A stretch of 64,000 nucleotides of DNA from an uncultured Clostridia bacterium. GTDB lineage: Bacteria; Bacillota; Clostridia; TANB77; CAG-508. This document shows positions 8,417 through 19,036 of this stretch, piece by piece. The stretch spans positions 178-64,177 of the forward strand of contig CANQTK010000005.1 of NCBI GenBank assembly GCA_947626735.1, given 5' to 3'. The translations under genes were made by a program, and so were the position numbers. Below the pieces are notes generated by a model that did not search any database, was not told the origin of the DNA, and saw only the letters and a program-made list of their open reading frames with translations. Within the stretch, counting starts at the first letter, position 1. Each line of letters opens with the position of its first letter.

Positions 8417-10478
8417 TTAATTTTTTATCTTCTTTGTTGTTTTTGTAATTAATCCATCGAAAATCATTAAGAATGCTGGTAATACGCAAATAACGGTAAT
8501 CATACTAATGATAGCTCCTCTTGCCATTAAGTTGCATAATGCACCAATCATTTCAATTTTTGAGTAAACGCCTACACCAAAGGTTGCTCCAAAGAAGCAT
8601 AGTCCACTTACTACAATGGAACCAATGGATGTTTCTAGTGCTTCTGATACCGCTTCTTTTTTGTCTTTTCCTTCGCTTTTTGCTACCAAATATTTATTGG
8701 TAATTAAAATAGCATAGTCGATGGTTGCTCCGAAGTTGAATGGTTCCAATTACAATGGATGCAATGAATGGTAAGATTGTTCCTGTATAATAAGGAATAC
8801 CCATATTAATAAAGATAGCAAATTCAATGACGCACATTAATATAATAGGAAGACTTGCTGATTTTAATACGAATATCATAATAACGAATATAACGGCAAT
8901 AGAAACGGTATTAACACTATTAAAGTCATGATTACTAATTTCCACTAAGTCTTTCATTAAAGGTCCTTCCCCTGCTAGAATTGCATTTTCATCATATTGT
9001 TTTACCACTTCATTTATTTTTTCTACTTGTGCATTCAATTCATTAGTTGCCATTTCATATTTTGAGTTGATTAAAATCATTTGATATGTGTCATTTTGTA
9101 ACATACTGCTTATTTCTTCTGGTAAAATTTCTTTTGGAATTCCCATGCTTCCTAGTTTTGAGTAGCTAAGTACCCATTCTATTCCGTCCATATCTTCAAT
9201 TTTTTCTGTCATTTCATTTACTTTATATTCTGGAATATCTTTATCTACTAATAACATTTCCATGGATACCATGTTGAAGTCTTCTTTTAGTGCCGTGTTT
9301 GCTTGCACACTGTCTAAGTTACTTGGTAAAGATTTGTCTAGGTTGTAGTAAATTTCTGTGTGGGAATATCCATAGTAAGCAATTGGTAGTATGATAACAA
9401 ATAAAATAGCAATGGCAATGTAATGTTTCATAATGAAGTTTTTTACTATTGTAAATTTTGGTAATATTTCTTTATGTTTTGTTTTTTCTATTAGGTTATC
9501 AAAAGTTAATATCATAGTTGGTAAAACGGTTACTACACTAATTACTCCTAGTAGTACACCTTTTGCCATAACAATACCAATATCTTTTCCTAGGGTTAGG
9601 TTCATACTACATAATGCTAAGAAACCTGCAATGGTTGTTAAGGAACTTCCAAGAACGGAACTAAATGTTTTAGTAATGGCATTTGCCATCGCTTCTTCTT
9701 TATTATCAGTTAATTCTTTTTCTGCTTTATAACTATGATATAAGAAAATAGCAAAGTCCATGGTAACACCTAATTGTAAAACAGCGCTAATGGCTTTTGT
9801 AATATATGAAATTTCTCCTAAGAAGATATTCGTTCCCATGTTATATAAAATGGCAATTCCTATGTTGAGTAATAATAAAATAGGAGCAAAATAAGAGTCT
9901 AACGCTAGTTGTAAGATGATTAAGCAAAGTATTACAGCAATTACAACATAAATGACAATTTCTGAATTAGACAAATTTCTAGTGTCTAAAACAGTAGCTG
10001 TCATACCACTAATTTTGCATCTTTCATCTGTTATTTTTCTTAGTTCTTCTACAGATTTTATCGTAGCATCTGCAGAAATTTGCTCTTTAAAGGTAACTAA
10101 CATGATAGTTTTATCATCTTCATAAGCAAGGTCTTGGATTTCTTCTGGTAACATTTCTTTTGGAATTTCTGTTCCTACTACATCTGCTATACTAACTACT
10201 TTTTCGACATTGTCAATCTGTTTGATTTTGTCTTCTAATTTTAAAATTTCTTTTGGTTTCATATTGTCAAGTATAACAACAGAAAATCCGCCCATATCGA
10301 AATCTTCTGATAGAATTTTTTCTCCTTGTATAGTTTCTATGTCTTCTGGTAAATAAACTAAAATGTCATAATTGATTCTCGTTGCTTTTATTCCTAAAAT
10401 AGATGGAATGAGTAGCAACAAACTGATGATTAAAATGATTTTTCTGTGCTTACAAATTGCTTCTGCTATGTGTTTCAT
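8417..10478 (-). pseudogene. MMPL/RND-superfamily membrane transporter, frame interrupted at CGG 8732-8730
   Basis: ORFs 8694..10511 and 8417..8749 are the N- and C-parts of one MMPL protein. Minus strand reads att caa ctt CGG agc. Skipping the C gives ..GTIQL GATIDYAILITNKY.. Start taken at ATG 10478 (AGGAGA RBS 6 nt upstream). Confidence 0.8.
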
Positions 10479-10497
10479 TTTCATTCTCCTTTCTTTA

Positions 10498-10544
10498 TGA
10501 CCAACGGTCATTTTTTATTATAATATTAAACTGACCATTAGTCA
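10498..10544. promoter_or_regulatory. candidate TetR operators (TGAC-N5-GTCA palindromes)
   Basis: TGACCAACGGTCA (10498-10510) and TGACCATTAGTCA (10532-10544), with a third related site TGACTAATCGTC at 10674-10685. All lie in the divergent tetR/MMPL intergenic region. Confidence 0.45.
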
Positions 10545-10773
10545 ATACATTATTTGAAATTTTTTCATTTTTTTTAATTTATTCCCAAAAATGCATAAAA
10601 TTTCCTATTTATTTTATATTGTATAAAAGATTTTAAATACTTATTTGCTAATAAAAATTTCTAATTTTCTTATTGACTAATCGTCTAGTTTGTGTAATAA
10701 TGAAAGCATAAAGAATATTCTTTCATTATGATGTATGCTTTCTAATTGGAATAAGAAAGGAATGAATTTTTAT

Positions 10774-11376
10774 ATGAAAGAGGAAATAGAAAAAGATAAA
10801 AAATCGCGTTTGCTAGATACTGCTTTTGAACTTTTTACAGAGAAAGGAATAAAGAATACTTCTATTCAAGAAATTGTAGATCGTGCAAATGTTGCTAAAG
10901 GTACTTTTTATCTTTATTTTAAAGATAAATATGAAATTCAAAATATTTTGATTACTAAAAAATCAGAAAAATTATTTAGTGATGCTTTGAAAGAACTTCA
11001 TAAAAATTATATTGAAAATTTTTCTGACCAGATTATTTTTATTATTAACTATATTATTGATCAGTTTAAAAAAGAGCCTACTCTTTTAAAATTTATTTCT
11101 AAGAATTTGTCTTGGGGTATTTATAATAAGTCTATTTTAAAGTTATATGATAATACTGATAAAAAAGAAGATAGTATTTATTCTTTATTTTTAAAGGGAA
11201 TTGAAAAAAATAAGATTGCTTTGAAGAATCCAGAAGTTACTTTATTTATGATTATTGAGCTTGTTAGTTCTACTTCTTTTACTTCTATTTTGGAAAATGA
11301 GCCACTTCCTATTGAAGAATACAAACCTTACCTTTACCATGCCATTAGGCAGTTGCTTTATAGTGAATCATGTTAA
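10774..11376 (+). CDS. TetR/AcrR family transcriptional regulator
   Basis: LLDTAFELFTEKGIKNTSIQEIVDRANVAKGTFYLYFKDKYE is the TetR HTH signature. The start (10735/10762/10774) is uncertain. Confidence 0.85.
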   Translation: MKEEIEKDKKSRLLDTAFELFTEKGIKNTSIQEIVDRANVAKGTFYLYFKDKYEIQNILITKKSEKLFSDALKELHKNYIENFSDQIIFIINYIIDQFKKEPTLLKFISKNLSWGIYNKSILKLYDNTDKKEDSIYSLFLKGIEKNKIALKNPEVTLFMIIELVSSTSFTSILENEPLPIEEYKPYLYHAIRQLLYSESC

Positions 11377-11501
11377 TAAAAATAAATTTTTCTATGCAAA
11401 AATACTTGATGTAAATATAAAAACAGAGCAGAATGTAAAGATACATTTTACTCTGTTTTTTACTTGTAAAAAATATACTATAAACTGATAAGATAGAAAA
11501 T

Positions 11502-13871
11502 TCACTTTGTCTTATGAATTAATTTTAATAATCTACTTATGATAAATTGAAATATCATAAAATAAACAAAACACATTCCTATTACTTGCACAATTTCCAT
11601 TTGCATGATAGCAAATGGAGCAATAGAAAACCACCAATCAAAAATAGTTAAGCCTACTACAAATAAAACAAGCATTGCGATTGCTAAGCTAAGACGAAAA
11701 CGAGAGAATGGATATTTTTTGTGTTCTGACTTTCTTGCTTTTGCTAGTGTAAATAATAGTAAAATGGCAGAAAAGCCTGCTGCTATAACGCATAAACTAG
11801 AATAGATTTCTTCTGATATTTTACTATGCTGATATGCCATTGTAATGGTAAAAATACTACCTATCACTGTAAGTGCTGTTGGAAGAGCTTTTCTTAAAAT
11901 ATTTTTCAAAAAGTTTCCGCAAATGCGGTCTTTATTAGGTTCTAAGGCAAGTAAAAACGAAGGAATCCCAATGGTTACCATACTAATTAAACTAAGTTGA
12001 ATTGGCATAAAAGGATATTCTTTGTGCCATAGTAAAAATAAAACAGCTAAAATAGTAGAATAAATGGTTTTTACTAAAAATAGAGACGCACTTCTTTCTA
12101 AATTGTTAATACTTCTTCTTCCTTCTAGTACCACTTGTGGCATAGAAGCAAAGTTGGAATCTAATAAGATCAGTTGTGCCACATTTTTTGTAGCATCACT
12201 ACCATTTGCCATAGCAATACTACAATCTGCCTCTTTTAAAGCAAGCACATCATTTACGCCATCGCCTGTCATCGCAACGGTTCTTCCCTGTTCTTTTAAG
12301 GCTAAAATAATGCTTTTTTTCTGCGAAGGTGTTACTCTTCCAAAAATGCTATAATTGGAAACTGCTTTTTTCAGTTCTTCTTCTGTTTTTAACGTACTAC
12401 AATCAATATAATTTTCAAAATTTTCCATACCTACTTGTTTTGCAATTTGAGACACTGTAATAGGGTTATCTCCGGAAATAATTTTAATATCTACTCCCTG
12501 CTCTTTAAAATATTGTAATGTATCTTTTGCTTCCTTTCGAATTTTATCGTTTAAATAGAGAAAACCAACTACTTCTAATTCTCTTGGTAATTCTATTTTC
12601 TCTTTCTTTAATTTTTCTTTCGTATGGACAAGTGTTAATACACGAAATTCTTTTGCTTTTTCGATTGTTTCCTTTGCATAGTTTGCTATCTCTTTTCCTA
12701 AAATGATTTCTGGTGCTCCTAAAATATAAGTTCCTTGTTCTACAAAAGTAATGGCAGAAAATTTATTTTGAGAAGAAAAAGCAAAAACTTCTTCCTCTTT
12801 CCATTCTGTGTTTACTTTGGAAAACTTTTCTTTGATGGCTAACATCGTAGGATTGGTATCTGTTACTGCCAAAGCAAAATTAGCTACTATATTTTCAAAT
12901 TCTGTTTTATCTTTTACGGGAAGATATTCTTTTACTTCCATTTTCCCTTCAGTTAGAGTTCCTGTTTTATCTAAGCATAAAGTATCAACTCTTGCCAAAG
13001 TTTCTATACAATATAATTCTTGTACTAAGACTTTTCTTTTCGATAAACGAATTACACTAACTGCTAAAACAGTGCTAGTTAAGAGTACAAAACCCTCTGG
13101 TATCATTCCAATCATAGCCGCTACGGTTTTCACAACTGCTTCTTGTAAAGTAGAACCTAAGGAAAAGTATTGGTTGCTAAATAATAAACATCCAATTGGA
13201 ACAATTGCAAAGGTCAAAACTTTGATTATTTTCTTTAACGATTGCATGATTTCGGAATTTACTTTTTTGACATATTTAGCACCACTTGAAATTTGTGCTG
13301 TTAAGTTTTCTTCTCCTACATGTATTACTTTTGCTTGGCACTTTCCAGATAAAATAATACTACCAGAAAACAGCATGTCTCCCTTTTGTTTGTAAAGAGA
13401 ATCTGCTTCTCCTGTTAGATAGGATTCATCAACTTCTACAAAACCTTCTTCTAGGATGCTATCGGTTGCTACTTGGTTTCCTGTTTCTAGTTCTATGATA
13501 TCATCTGTTACTAATTCGTAAATAGAAATTTCTTCTTTTTTACCATTACGAATGACTTTTGCTTTGGCACTAGCAAGAATTGCTAATTTATCTACCATTC
13601 TTTTTGAATGGATTTCTTGCACAGTACTAATGGTAGTATTGATAATAACTACCATTAAAAATAGCATATTTTTGTAGGAACCTACGGCAAAAATGCTAAG
13701 AGCTAGTAAGATATTAATAATATTAAATAAAGTAACAAAATTTTCTTTGATAATTTGTTTGATACTTTTCGTAGGAAGTGTAATATTTTGATTGACTAAA
13801 TTTTTTTCTTTTCTTTCTTCTACTTGCTTGGAAGTTAGTCCTACTTGCACCTTTTGTTTTTCTTCTACCAC
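11502..13871 (-). CDS. cation-translocating P-type ATPase
   Basis: 789 aa. DKTGTLT phosphorylation motif, TGES-like region, MTGDGVNDVLALKEADCSIAM hinge, IPEGF TM4 motif. Confidence 0.9.
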   Translation of the reverse strand: MVEEKQKVQVGLTSKQVEERKEKNLVNQNITLPTKSIKQIIKENFVTLFNIINILLALSIFAVGSYKNMLFLMVVIINTTISTVQEIHSKRMVDKLAILASAKAKVIRNGKKEEISIYELVTDDIIELETGNQVATDSILEEGFVEVDESYLTGEADSLYKQKGDMLFSGSIILSGKCQAKVIHVGEENLTAQISSGAKYVKKVNSEIMQSLKKIIKVLTFAIVPIGCLLFSNQYFSLGSTLQEAVVKTVAAMIGMIPEGFVLLTSTVLAVSVIRLSKRKVLVQELYCIETLARVDTLCLDKTGTLTEGKMEVKEYLPVKDKTEFENIVANFALAVTDTNPTMLAIKEKFSKVNTEWKEEEVFAFSSQNKFSAITFVEQGTYILGAPEIILGKEIANYAKETIEKAKEFRVLTLVHTKEKLKKEKIELPRELEVVGFLYLNDKIRKEAKDTLQYFKEQGVDIKIISGDNPITVSQIAKQVGMENFENYIDCSTLKTEEELKKAVSNYSIFGRVTPSQKKSIILALKEQGRTVAMTGDGVNDVLALKEADCSIAMANGSDATKNVAQLILLDSNFASMPQVVLEGRRSINNLERSASLFLVKTIYSTILAVLFLLWHKEYPFMPIQLSLISMVTIGIPSFLLALEPNKDRICGNFLKNILRKALPTALTVIGSIFTITMAYQHSKISEEIYSSLCVIAAGFSAILLLFTLAKARKSEHKKYPFSRFRLSLAIAMLVLFVVGLTIFDWWFSIAPFAIMQMEIVQVIGMCFVYFMIFQFIISRLLKLIHKTK

Positions 13872-13943
13872 TGGTTTCTCCTTTTGCTTTTCTAATTTTT
13901 TAGTTTTAATACAAAGATTCTATCACAAACAAATAAGAAAAGC

Positions 13944-13972
13944 AAAAAGTTCGGAAATTTTCCGAACTTTTT
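13944..13972 (-). terminator. intrinsic terminator after the SSB-like gene
   Basis: AAAAAGTTCGGAAA-t-TTTCCGAACTTTTT perfect hairpin, T-rich on the minus strand. Confidence 0.6.
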
Positions 13973-13988
13973 ACTCTTGATTACAATT

Positions 13989-14609
13989 TTATTGGCTGCA
14001 CTCTAAACTTTGAATGGAAACTTCATAGGCGACTCTTTTTTCTTGCGTTCCGTCAGAAAGCTTTTTTCCATACTCTCTGCTTTGGATTCTGCCAGTGATA
14101 TTGATTTTATCACCAACCTCAAGATTAGCAGCTAAATATGCATCCTCTCCCCATGCAATACATGGAATGTAATCTGCTTTGCCATAAGGGCGATTTACCG
14201 CTAGCAGAATATCTGCAATCTCTCTTCCAAGTGGCGTTTTCCGATAAATAACATTTTTACAGATAAAACCTTCAAAAATAACTTCATTGTCATCTTGTTC
14301 CCCTTCCGATAGAAAACAAATATCTTTTGCATAAACTGTTAAAATAAGTTTTGTCTTTTCTTCCGTGTATTTATTGTATGAGCGATATTGCCCCATCACA
14401 CAGATTCTGTTTCCTATGTTGATTTTTGAAAAAAATGTGCATTTTTCTGATATCATAATTGGTAACAAATCTGCCACCTCACTTAGCCGCTTTGTTTGCA
14501 ACTGAAAAACGTAAAATTTTTCACCATATGTTTCATGGTCCAATATCGGCTCTGTTGCTACTGTTCCCTTAAGAGTTACCTGATTGTTTTTCTTTACACT
14601 TTCTTTCAT
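13989..14609 (-). CDS. SSB-like protein with two OB-fold halves
   Basis: 206 aa. Two OB-like halves (NQVTLKGTVATEP ... and NEVIFEGFICKNVIYRKTPLGREIADILLAVNR...YIPCIAWG...INITGRIQSREY). Carries two in-frame CGG codons (14241-14243, 14487-14489) that must be read in frame. Confidence 0.55.
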   Translation of the reverse strand: MKESVKKNNQVTLKGTVATEPILDHETYGEKFYVFQLQTKRLSEVADLLPIMISEKCTFFSKINIGNRICVMGQYRSYNKYTEEKTKLILTVYAKDICFLSEGEQDDNEVIFEGFICKNVIYRKTPLGREIADILLAVNRPYGKADYIPCIAWGEDAYLAANLEVGDKINITGRIQSREYGKKLSDGTQEKRVAYEVSIQSLECSQ

Positions 14610-14727
14610 TGTCTTTTGTCCTCCTGCTTGTAAAATTGTAATGACATTTTTTTAGAGAAGCTACCGCTTCTCTTTATAACAAGTTACATTTCTATTTTAC
14701 TACTATTTAATGTAATTTGTCAATTAT

Positions 14728-15225
14728 TTACATAAAATATTTGCTAGTTTCTTCCAAATTTTCAAATTTTTTTTGCCTTAATACTTCATAAACTACAATT
14801 GCTACGGAATTTGATAAATTTAAAGAACGGAGGGTTTCTCTCATAGGAATACGAATGGTTTTATTTAAATATTTTTGAAGTAAGTCTTCTGGCAAGCCTT
14901 TTGTTTCCTTTCCAAATAATAAAAATACTTCTTCCATGTTAGCATAATTTACTTCTGAATAGCAAGTTTGCCCTTTTGTGGTTACAAAATACATATTGTT
15001 TTCTTCTGGTTTGTATTTTTCTAAAAATGCTTTTAAAGAGGTATGTCTTTCTATATCTAGTTTGTCCCAATAATCTAGCCCTGCTCTTTTTAGAGTTTTA
15101 TCTGTTATTTCAAAGCCTAAAGGCTCTACTAAATGCAATTTTCCACCTGTTGCCGCACAAGTTCTTGCAATATTTCCTGTATTTTGTGGAATTTCTGGCT
15201 CTACCATGACAATATTGATTTTCAT
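14728..15225 (-). CDS. trmL: tRNA (cytidine/uridine-2'-O-)-methyltransferase TrmL
   Basis: 165 aa. MKINIVMVEPEIPQNTGNIARTCAATGGKLHLVEPLGF and a C-terminal SpoU knot (SLNLSNSVAIVVYEVLRQ). Confidence 0.85.
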   Translation of the reverse strand: MKINIVMVEPEIPQNTGNIARTCAATGGKLHLVEPLGFEITDKTLKRAGLDYWDKLDIERHTSLKAFLEKYKPEENNMYFVTTKGQTCYSEVNYANMEEVFLLFGKETKGLPEDLLQKYLNKTIRIPMRETLRSLNLSNSVAIVVYEVLRQKKFENLEETSKYFM

Positions 15226-15267
15226 TGTTTCTATTGCTCCTTTTTCCTATATAAAATGAAATTATTT

Positions 15268-15651
15268 TTATTCTTGGTTTCTTTTCCAAACCCTATGAAT
15301 GTTTTCCTTTTCCTTTTCTTTTAAGCTACTAAATAAATCGATATTGAGTTTATTACAAATACTAGATAACACATAAAAACAATCTGCTACTTCACTTTCT
15401 ATGGTATCATAATGATATTGTTTATTGATATCGATGCACATATTACTTGCCGATTTTCGAATTGCTTTGGCAAGTTCTCCTATTTCCTCTGTTAAAAGAA
15501 GCATGGTATCTTGCACAGGTTGTGTCTCAAACCCACGAACTGTATTAATTTCTTTGATATAGGCTTGCACTTCTCTTAATGTATTATTTTCTTGCAAGGC
15601 ATCCCATAATGCTTGTTGCTTATTTGTTTTTTCTTCATTGTTCTGTATCAT
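15268..15651 (-). CDS. MazG-like nucleotide pyrophosphohydrolase
   Basis: 127 aa. LTEEIGELAKAIRK and ESEVADCFYVLSSICNKLNIDL helices typical of the MazG/all-alpha NTP-PPase fold. Confidence 0.7.
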   Translation of the reverse strand: MIQNNEEKTNKQQALWDALQENNTLREVQAYIKEINTVRGFETQPVQDTMLLLTEEIGELAKAIRKSASNMCIDINKQYHYDTIESEVADCFYVLSSICNKLNIDLFSSLKEKEKENIHRVWKRNQE

Positions 15652-15973
15652 TTTTTTCCTTCTCCTCTACATCAATTAGATATACTTTATCTTCAAAGCC
15701 ACCTTTTTTTGCTCTTTTTTCTAAACGCACTCTTTCTATTTCTTCTTTTTCTAAATGATATACTTTTTGAAGTGTTTCTACTACTTCTAATAAATCTGCC
15801 ATTTCTTCTATGCTATGGTCTGCTAAAAATTCATTTGCCTCTTCTAATAATTTTTTATCTAGCTCTTTTTGATACTCTTCTTCTCCTAATATAGAATAAC
15901 GGCATTTATTTCCTTTTGATTCTATAGTTTGTGGTATTTTATCTCTTACTAATTTATGATATTGAAAAATCAT
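15635..15973 (-). CDS. house-cleaning NTP pyrophosphohydrolase-like protein (MazG/HisE superfamily)
   Basis: 112 aa. KLVRDKIPQTIESKG ... LLEEANEFL ... EEMADLLEVVETL. Overlaps the downstream MazG-like gene by 17 nt. Confidence 0.6.
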   Translation of the reverse strand: MIFQYHKLVRDKIPQTIESKGNKCRYSILGEEEYQKELDKKLLEEANEFLADHSIEEMADLLEVVETLQKVYHLEKEEIERVRLEKRAKKGGFEDKVYLIDVEEKEKNDTEQ

Positions 15974-16085
15974 AAATATTCCTCCTTTTAAGTATTTCTT
16001 TTTTATCTCAACTGTCTACATTTTGTAGTCAGTTCATTACTATATATCACTATACTATATTAAAAAGAAAAAGTCAATGATTTTA

Positions 16086-16125
16086 CGAATTTTTGTTTGA
16101 CTTTTATTTTTCTATATGTTATGAT
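16086..16125 (+). promoter_or_regulatory. sigma-A-type promoter with an overlapping LexA (Cheo) box-like site
   Basis: TTGACT (16097-16102), 17 nt, TATGAT (16120-16125). CGAATttttGTTTG (16086-16099) resembles GAAC-N4-GTTC and overlaps the -35. Confidence 0.35.
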
Positions 16126-16159
16126 GTATACAAACATTTATTTGTAGGAAGTGAAGTGT

Positions 16160-17563
16160 ATGGAATTAGAAGAAAAATTAAAAATATTAGCCGATTCTGC
16201 CAAATATGATGCTTCTTGTAGTTCTTCTGGAAGCAGACGTTCTAATACCAAGAATGGTATTGGAAATGGTGATGTTTCTGGTATTTGTCATAGTTGGCGG
16301 AGCAGACGGCAGGTGTATTTCCCTTCTTAAAATTTTAATGAGTAATGCTTGTATTTACGATTGCAAATATTGCATTAATCGCTGTTCCAATTCTGTGAAA
16401 AGAGCTACTTTTACGCCAAGAGAAATTGCCGATTTAACCATTCAATTTTATAAAAGAAATTATATTGAAGGTTTATTTTTAAGCTCCGCTGTTATTAAAA
16501 ATCCTAACTTTACAATGGAACGTTTATATGAAACTATTTTTATTTTAAGGAAAGAATACCATTTTCATGGTTATATTCATGTGAAAACCATTCCACGGAG
16601 CAAGTAAAGAATTAATTGATAAAGTAGGTTTTTTAGTAGATCGTACTAGTATTAATATTGAACTACCTTCTCAAAATAGCTTAAAGTTATTAGCACCACA
16701 AAAAGAAAAAGCAGGCATTGTAACTCCTATGAAATATATTTCTCAGGAAATCCAAATTTCCAAGCAAGAAAAATCGAAATATAAAGAAAAGTTTGTTCCT
16801 GCTGGGCAAACTACACAATTAATTGTAGGCGCTACCCCAGAAAGTGATTTGCAAATTATGAAGTTATCGGAAAGTTTATATCAAAACTTTCATTTAAAAC
16901 GCGTTTACTATTCTGCTTATGTTTCTGTGAATAAGGATTCGAATCTTCCTACTCTTTCTAGTCCTCCCCTTCTTCGTGAAAATAGGTTATATCAAGCAGA
17001 CTGGCTTTTACGTTTTTATGGTTTTAAAATGAATGATTTATTAGATGAAACTCACCCTAATTTTCATTCTTTGCTAGACCCTAAGTGTGATTGGGCTCTT
17101 CGTAATTTGCATCTATTTCCTGTTGAAATTAATAAAGCAGACTACCAAACGCTTTTAAAAGTGCCACGGCATCGGTGTTGTTTCTGCTAAACGTATTATC
17201 AAAGCAAGAAGAGAATTTCACTTAACCTTTGAAAATTTAAAGAAACTTGGTATTGTATTAAAACGTGCTCGTTATTTTATTACTTGTGATGGAAAATATT
17301 TTGATGCTATCAAGAGTTTTCATTCGAATTTTATTTCTGAAAATTTACTCTTTTTAGAACGTGCTTCGTCTGGTTCTTCTAACTATGTACAAACTTCACT
17401 TTTTGACACATTGAATGCACCTTTGCCAATGTCCTCTTTGAATCGTTCTTTTGAATGGAATCAAACTCTTTCCAAGAAAAAATTCGATAGCAGTGCATCA
17501 CCTTTTGAAACTTTCATGCCAACGAAGGAGGATAAACAAAAATGTTTAACGGGAATGTTATAG
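16160..17563 (+). pseudogene. putative DNA modification/repair radical SAM protein, three frame breaks, each at CGG
   Basis: MELEEKLKILADSAKYDASCSSSGS... then CISLLKILMSNACIYDCKYCINR (CxxxCxxC), IHVKTIP|GASKELI and a C-terminal HhH LLKVP|GIGVVSAKRIIKARR. Breaks at C16298, C16596 and C17167. Confidence 0.85.
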
Positions 17564-18303
17564 AAAAAACTTATGTATATGATGGTAGTTTTGCAGGCTT
17601 ACTTACCATGGTATTTGATTGTTACACTGAAAAAGTAATCCCTTTTAAAATTGTTTCGCAAGATGAATTTGAAGCCAATTTTTTAGAAAATTTTGAAAGA
17701 AAACAAACAGAGGAAGAAAAAGCCAGTAGAATTTTTCATGGTATTGTCAAAAATATTTCTTATGATGCCTTATATAACAGTTACTATGCGTTTCTTTCAA
17801 ATACCACAGAAAAAGAAATACAAATTTTAAAATACTTATTAAATGGTTTTGTATTAGGCCCTAAAATAGATACTATGCTTTCCATTGATTTTGTATTTTC
17901 TGTTCATGCTATGAGAAAGAAAACCTTAAATGAAGCTCACAAACTAAAAGGGCTTCTTCGTTTCATGGAAATAGGAAACAATGTATTTTATGCTTCTATT
18001 CATCCTAGTCATAATGTTCTTGAAAATGTAGGTCATCATTTTGTAAAAAGGCTTCCTTTACAAAATTTTATCATCCATGACAAAAATCGAAATCTTGCCT
18101 TTATTTATGATACTAAAGAATATCAAATTGTAGATGCTTCTACTTTTGTGCTTCCTACTCTTTCCGAAGAAGAGAAACAATATGAACAGCTTTGGAAAAC
18201 TTTTTTTACTACTATTGCCATTCAAGAAAGAACAAATCCAAAATTGCAAATGCAATTTATGCCCAAAAAATATTGGCAAGATTTAATTGAACTTAAATCA
18301 TAA
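17542..18303 (+). CDS. DUF4130 / probable DNA metabolism protein (usual partner of the repair radical SAM protein)
   Basis: 253 aa. Overlaps the end of the radical SAM gene. YDGSFAGLLTMVFDCY ... KLKGLLRF ... IHPSHNVL pattern of the uracil-DNA-glycosylase-like partner family. Confidence 0.75.
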   Translation: MFNGNVIEKTYVYDGSFAGLLTMVFDCYTEKVIPFKIVSQDEFEANFLENFERKQTEEEKASRIFHGIVKNISYDALYNSYYAFLSNTTEKEIQILKYLLNGFVLGPKIDTMLSIDFVFSVHAMRKKTLNEAHKLKGLLRFMEIGNNVFYASIHPSHNVLENVGHHFVKRLPLQNFIIHDKNRNLAFIYDTKEYQIVDASTFVLPTLSEEEKQYEQLWKTFFTTIAIQERTNPKLQMQFMPKKYWQDLIELKS

Positions 18304-18542
18304 CATTTATTTCTTTTCATTATTAAATAAGAATTCTAATAAAAAATTTATTTTTATATTAGAATTCTTATTTTTCTTTATAGGCAGGTATATTTTTCCC
18401 CTTTTTTTGAAAAAATAAAACTAAATGTATAATTCTATAATTTATGTTTACTATTTAGTTTCTGTTAACTTAAACTAATGCATGCTATATTCCTTATAAA
18501 TCAATCTTTACGATTGAATTTATGATTTGGAGGTGAATTAGT

Positions 18543-18869
18543 ATGGCCATTGACTATAGTGTAATCGGAGAAAGATTAAAATTAGCAAGAAAAGAAAAAC
18601 ATTTAACGCAAGAACAATTAGCAGAAAAAATTGATGTTTCTATTGCTTTCTTAAGTAGAATTGAAAGAGGTAGTTCACAAATTAATTTAAAAAGATTAAG
18701 TCAAATTTGTGAAATTTTAGACGTTACAGAAGGTGATATATTAAATGGCGTTTCCAATAAATCTACGAAATATTTAGATTTCGAATTTGCTAATTTGTTA
18801 AAAAGTTGTTCTTCTGAAAAACAAAAATTAATTTATGATGTTGCTAAAGTAATTGCAAATAAAAATTAA
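18543..18869 (+). CDS. XRE family HTH transcriptional regulator (paralog 1)
   Basis: 108 aa. IGERLKLARKEKHLTQEQLAEKIDVSIAFLSRIERG. GGAGG RBS. Confidence 0.85.
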   Translation: MAIDYSVIGERLKLARKEKHLTQEQLAEKIDVSIAFLSRIERGSSQINLKRLSQICEILDVTEGDILNGVSNKSTKYLDFEFANLLKSCSSEKQKLIYDVAKVIANKN

Positions 18870-19036
18870 AAAAGGAAAAAGTGAAAACTTTTTGAAAATT
18901 AAAAATAAGTCTTCCAAAAATTTTATAATCAATGGAATGACTTATTTTTTTGCATCATAGCTCTATTTTAACCTATTATTATCTGTAAAATTAACCTTAT
19001 TCGTGCTATATTTACTACAAAAGAAGGAGTGGTTTT

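Noticed and set aside
8417-10511. ORF-track ORFs 8694..10511 and 8417..8749 as two separate genes
   Set aside because: They overlap by 56 nt. Together they form one collinear MMPL transporter (..GTIQL / GATIDYAIL..). The small ORF starts at a TTG inside the other.
12808-13395. 195-aa plus-strand ORF
   Set aside because: It is antisense to the P-type ATPase, has no RBS and shows no recognisable motifs.
14640-14680. Hairpin AGAGAAGC-tacc-GCTTCTCT as the trmL terminator
   Set aside because: The U-run lies on the wrong side for the minus strand and there is only a weak T-tract on the plus strand. It was left uncalled.
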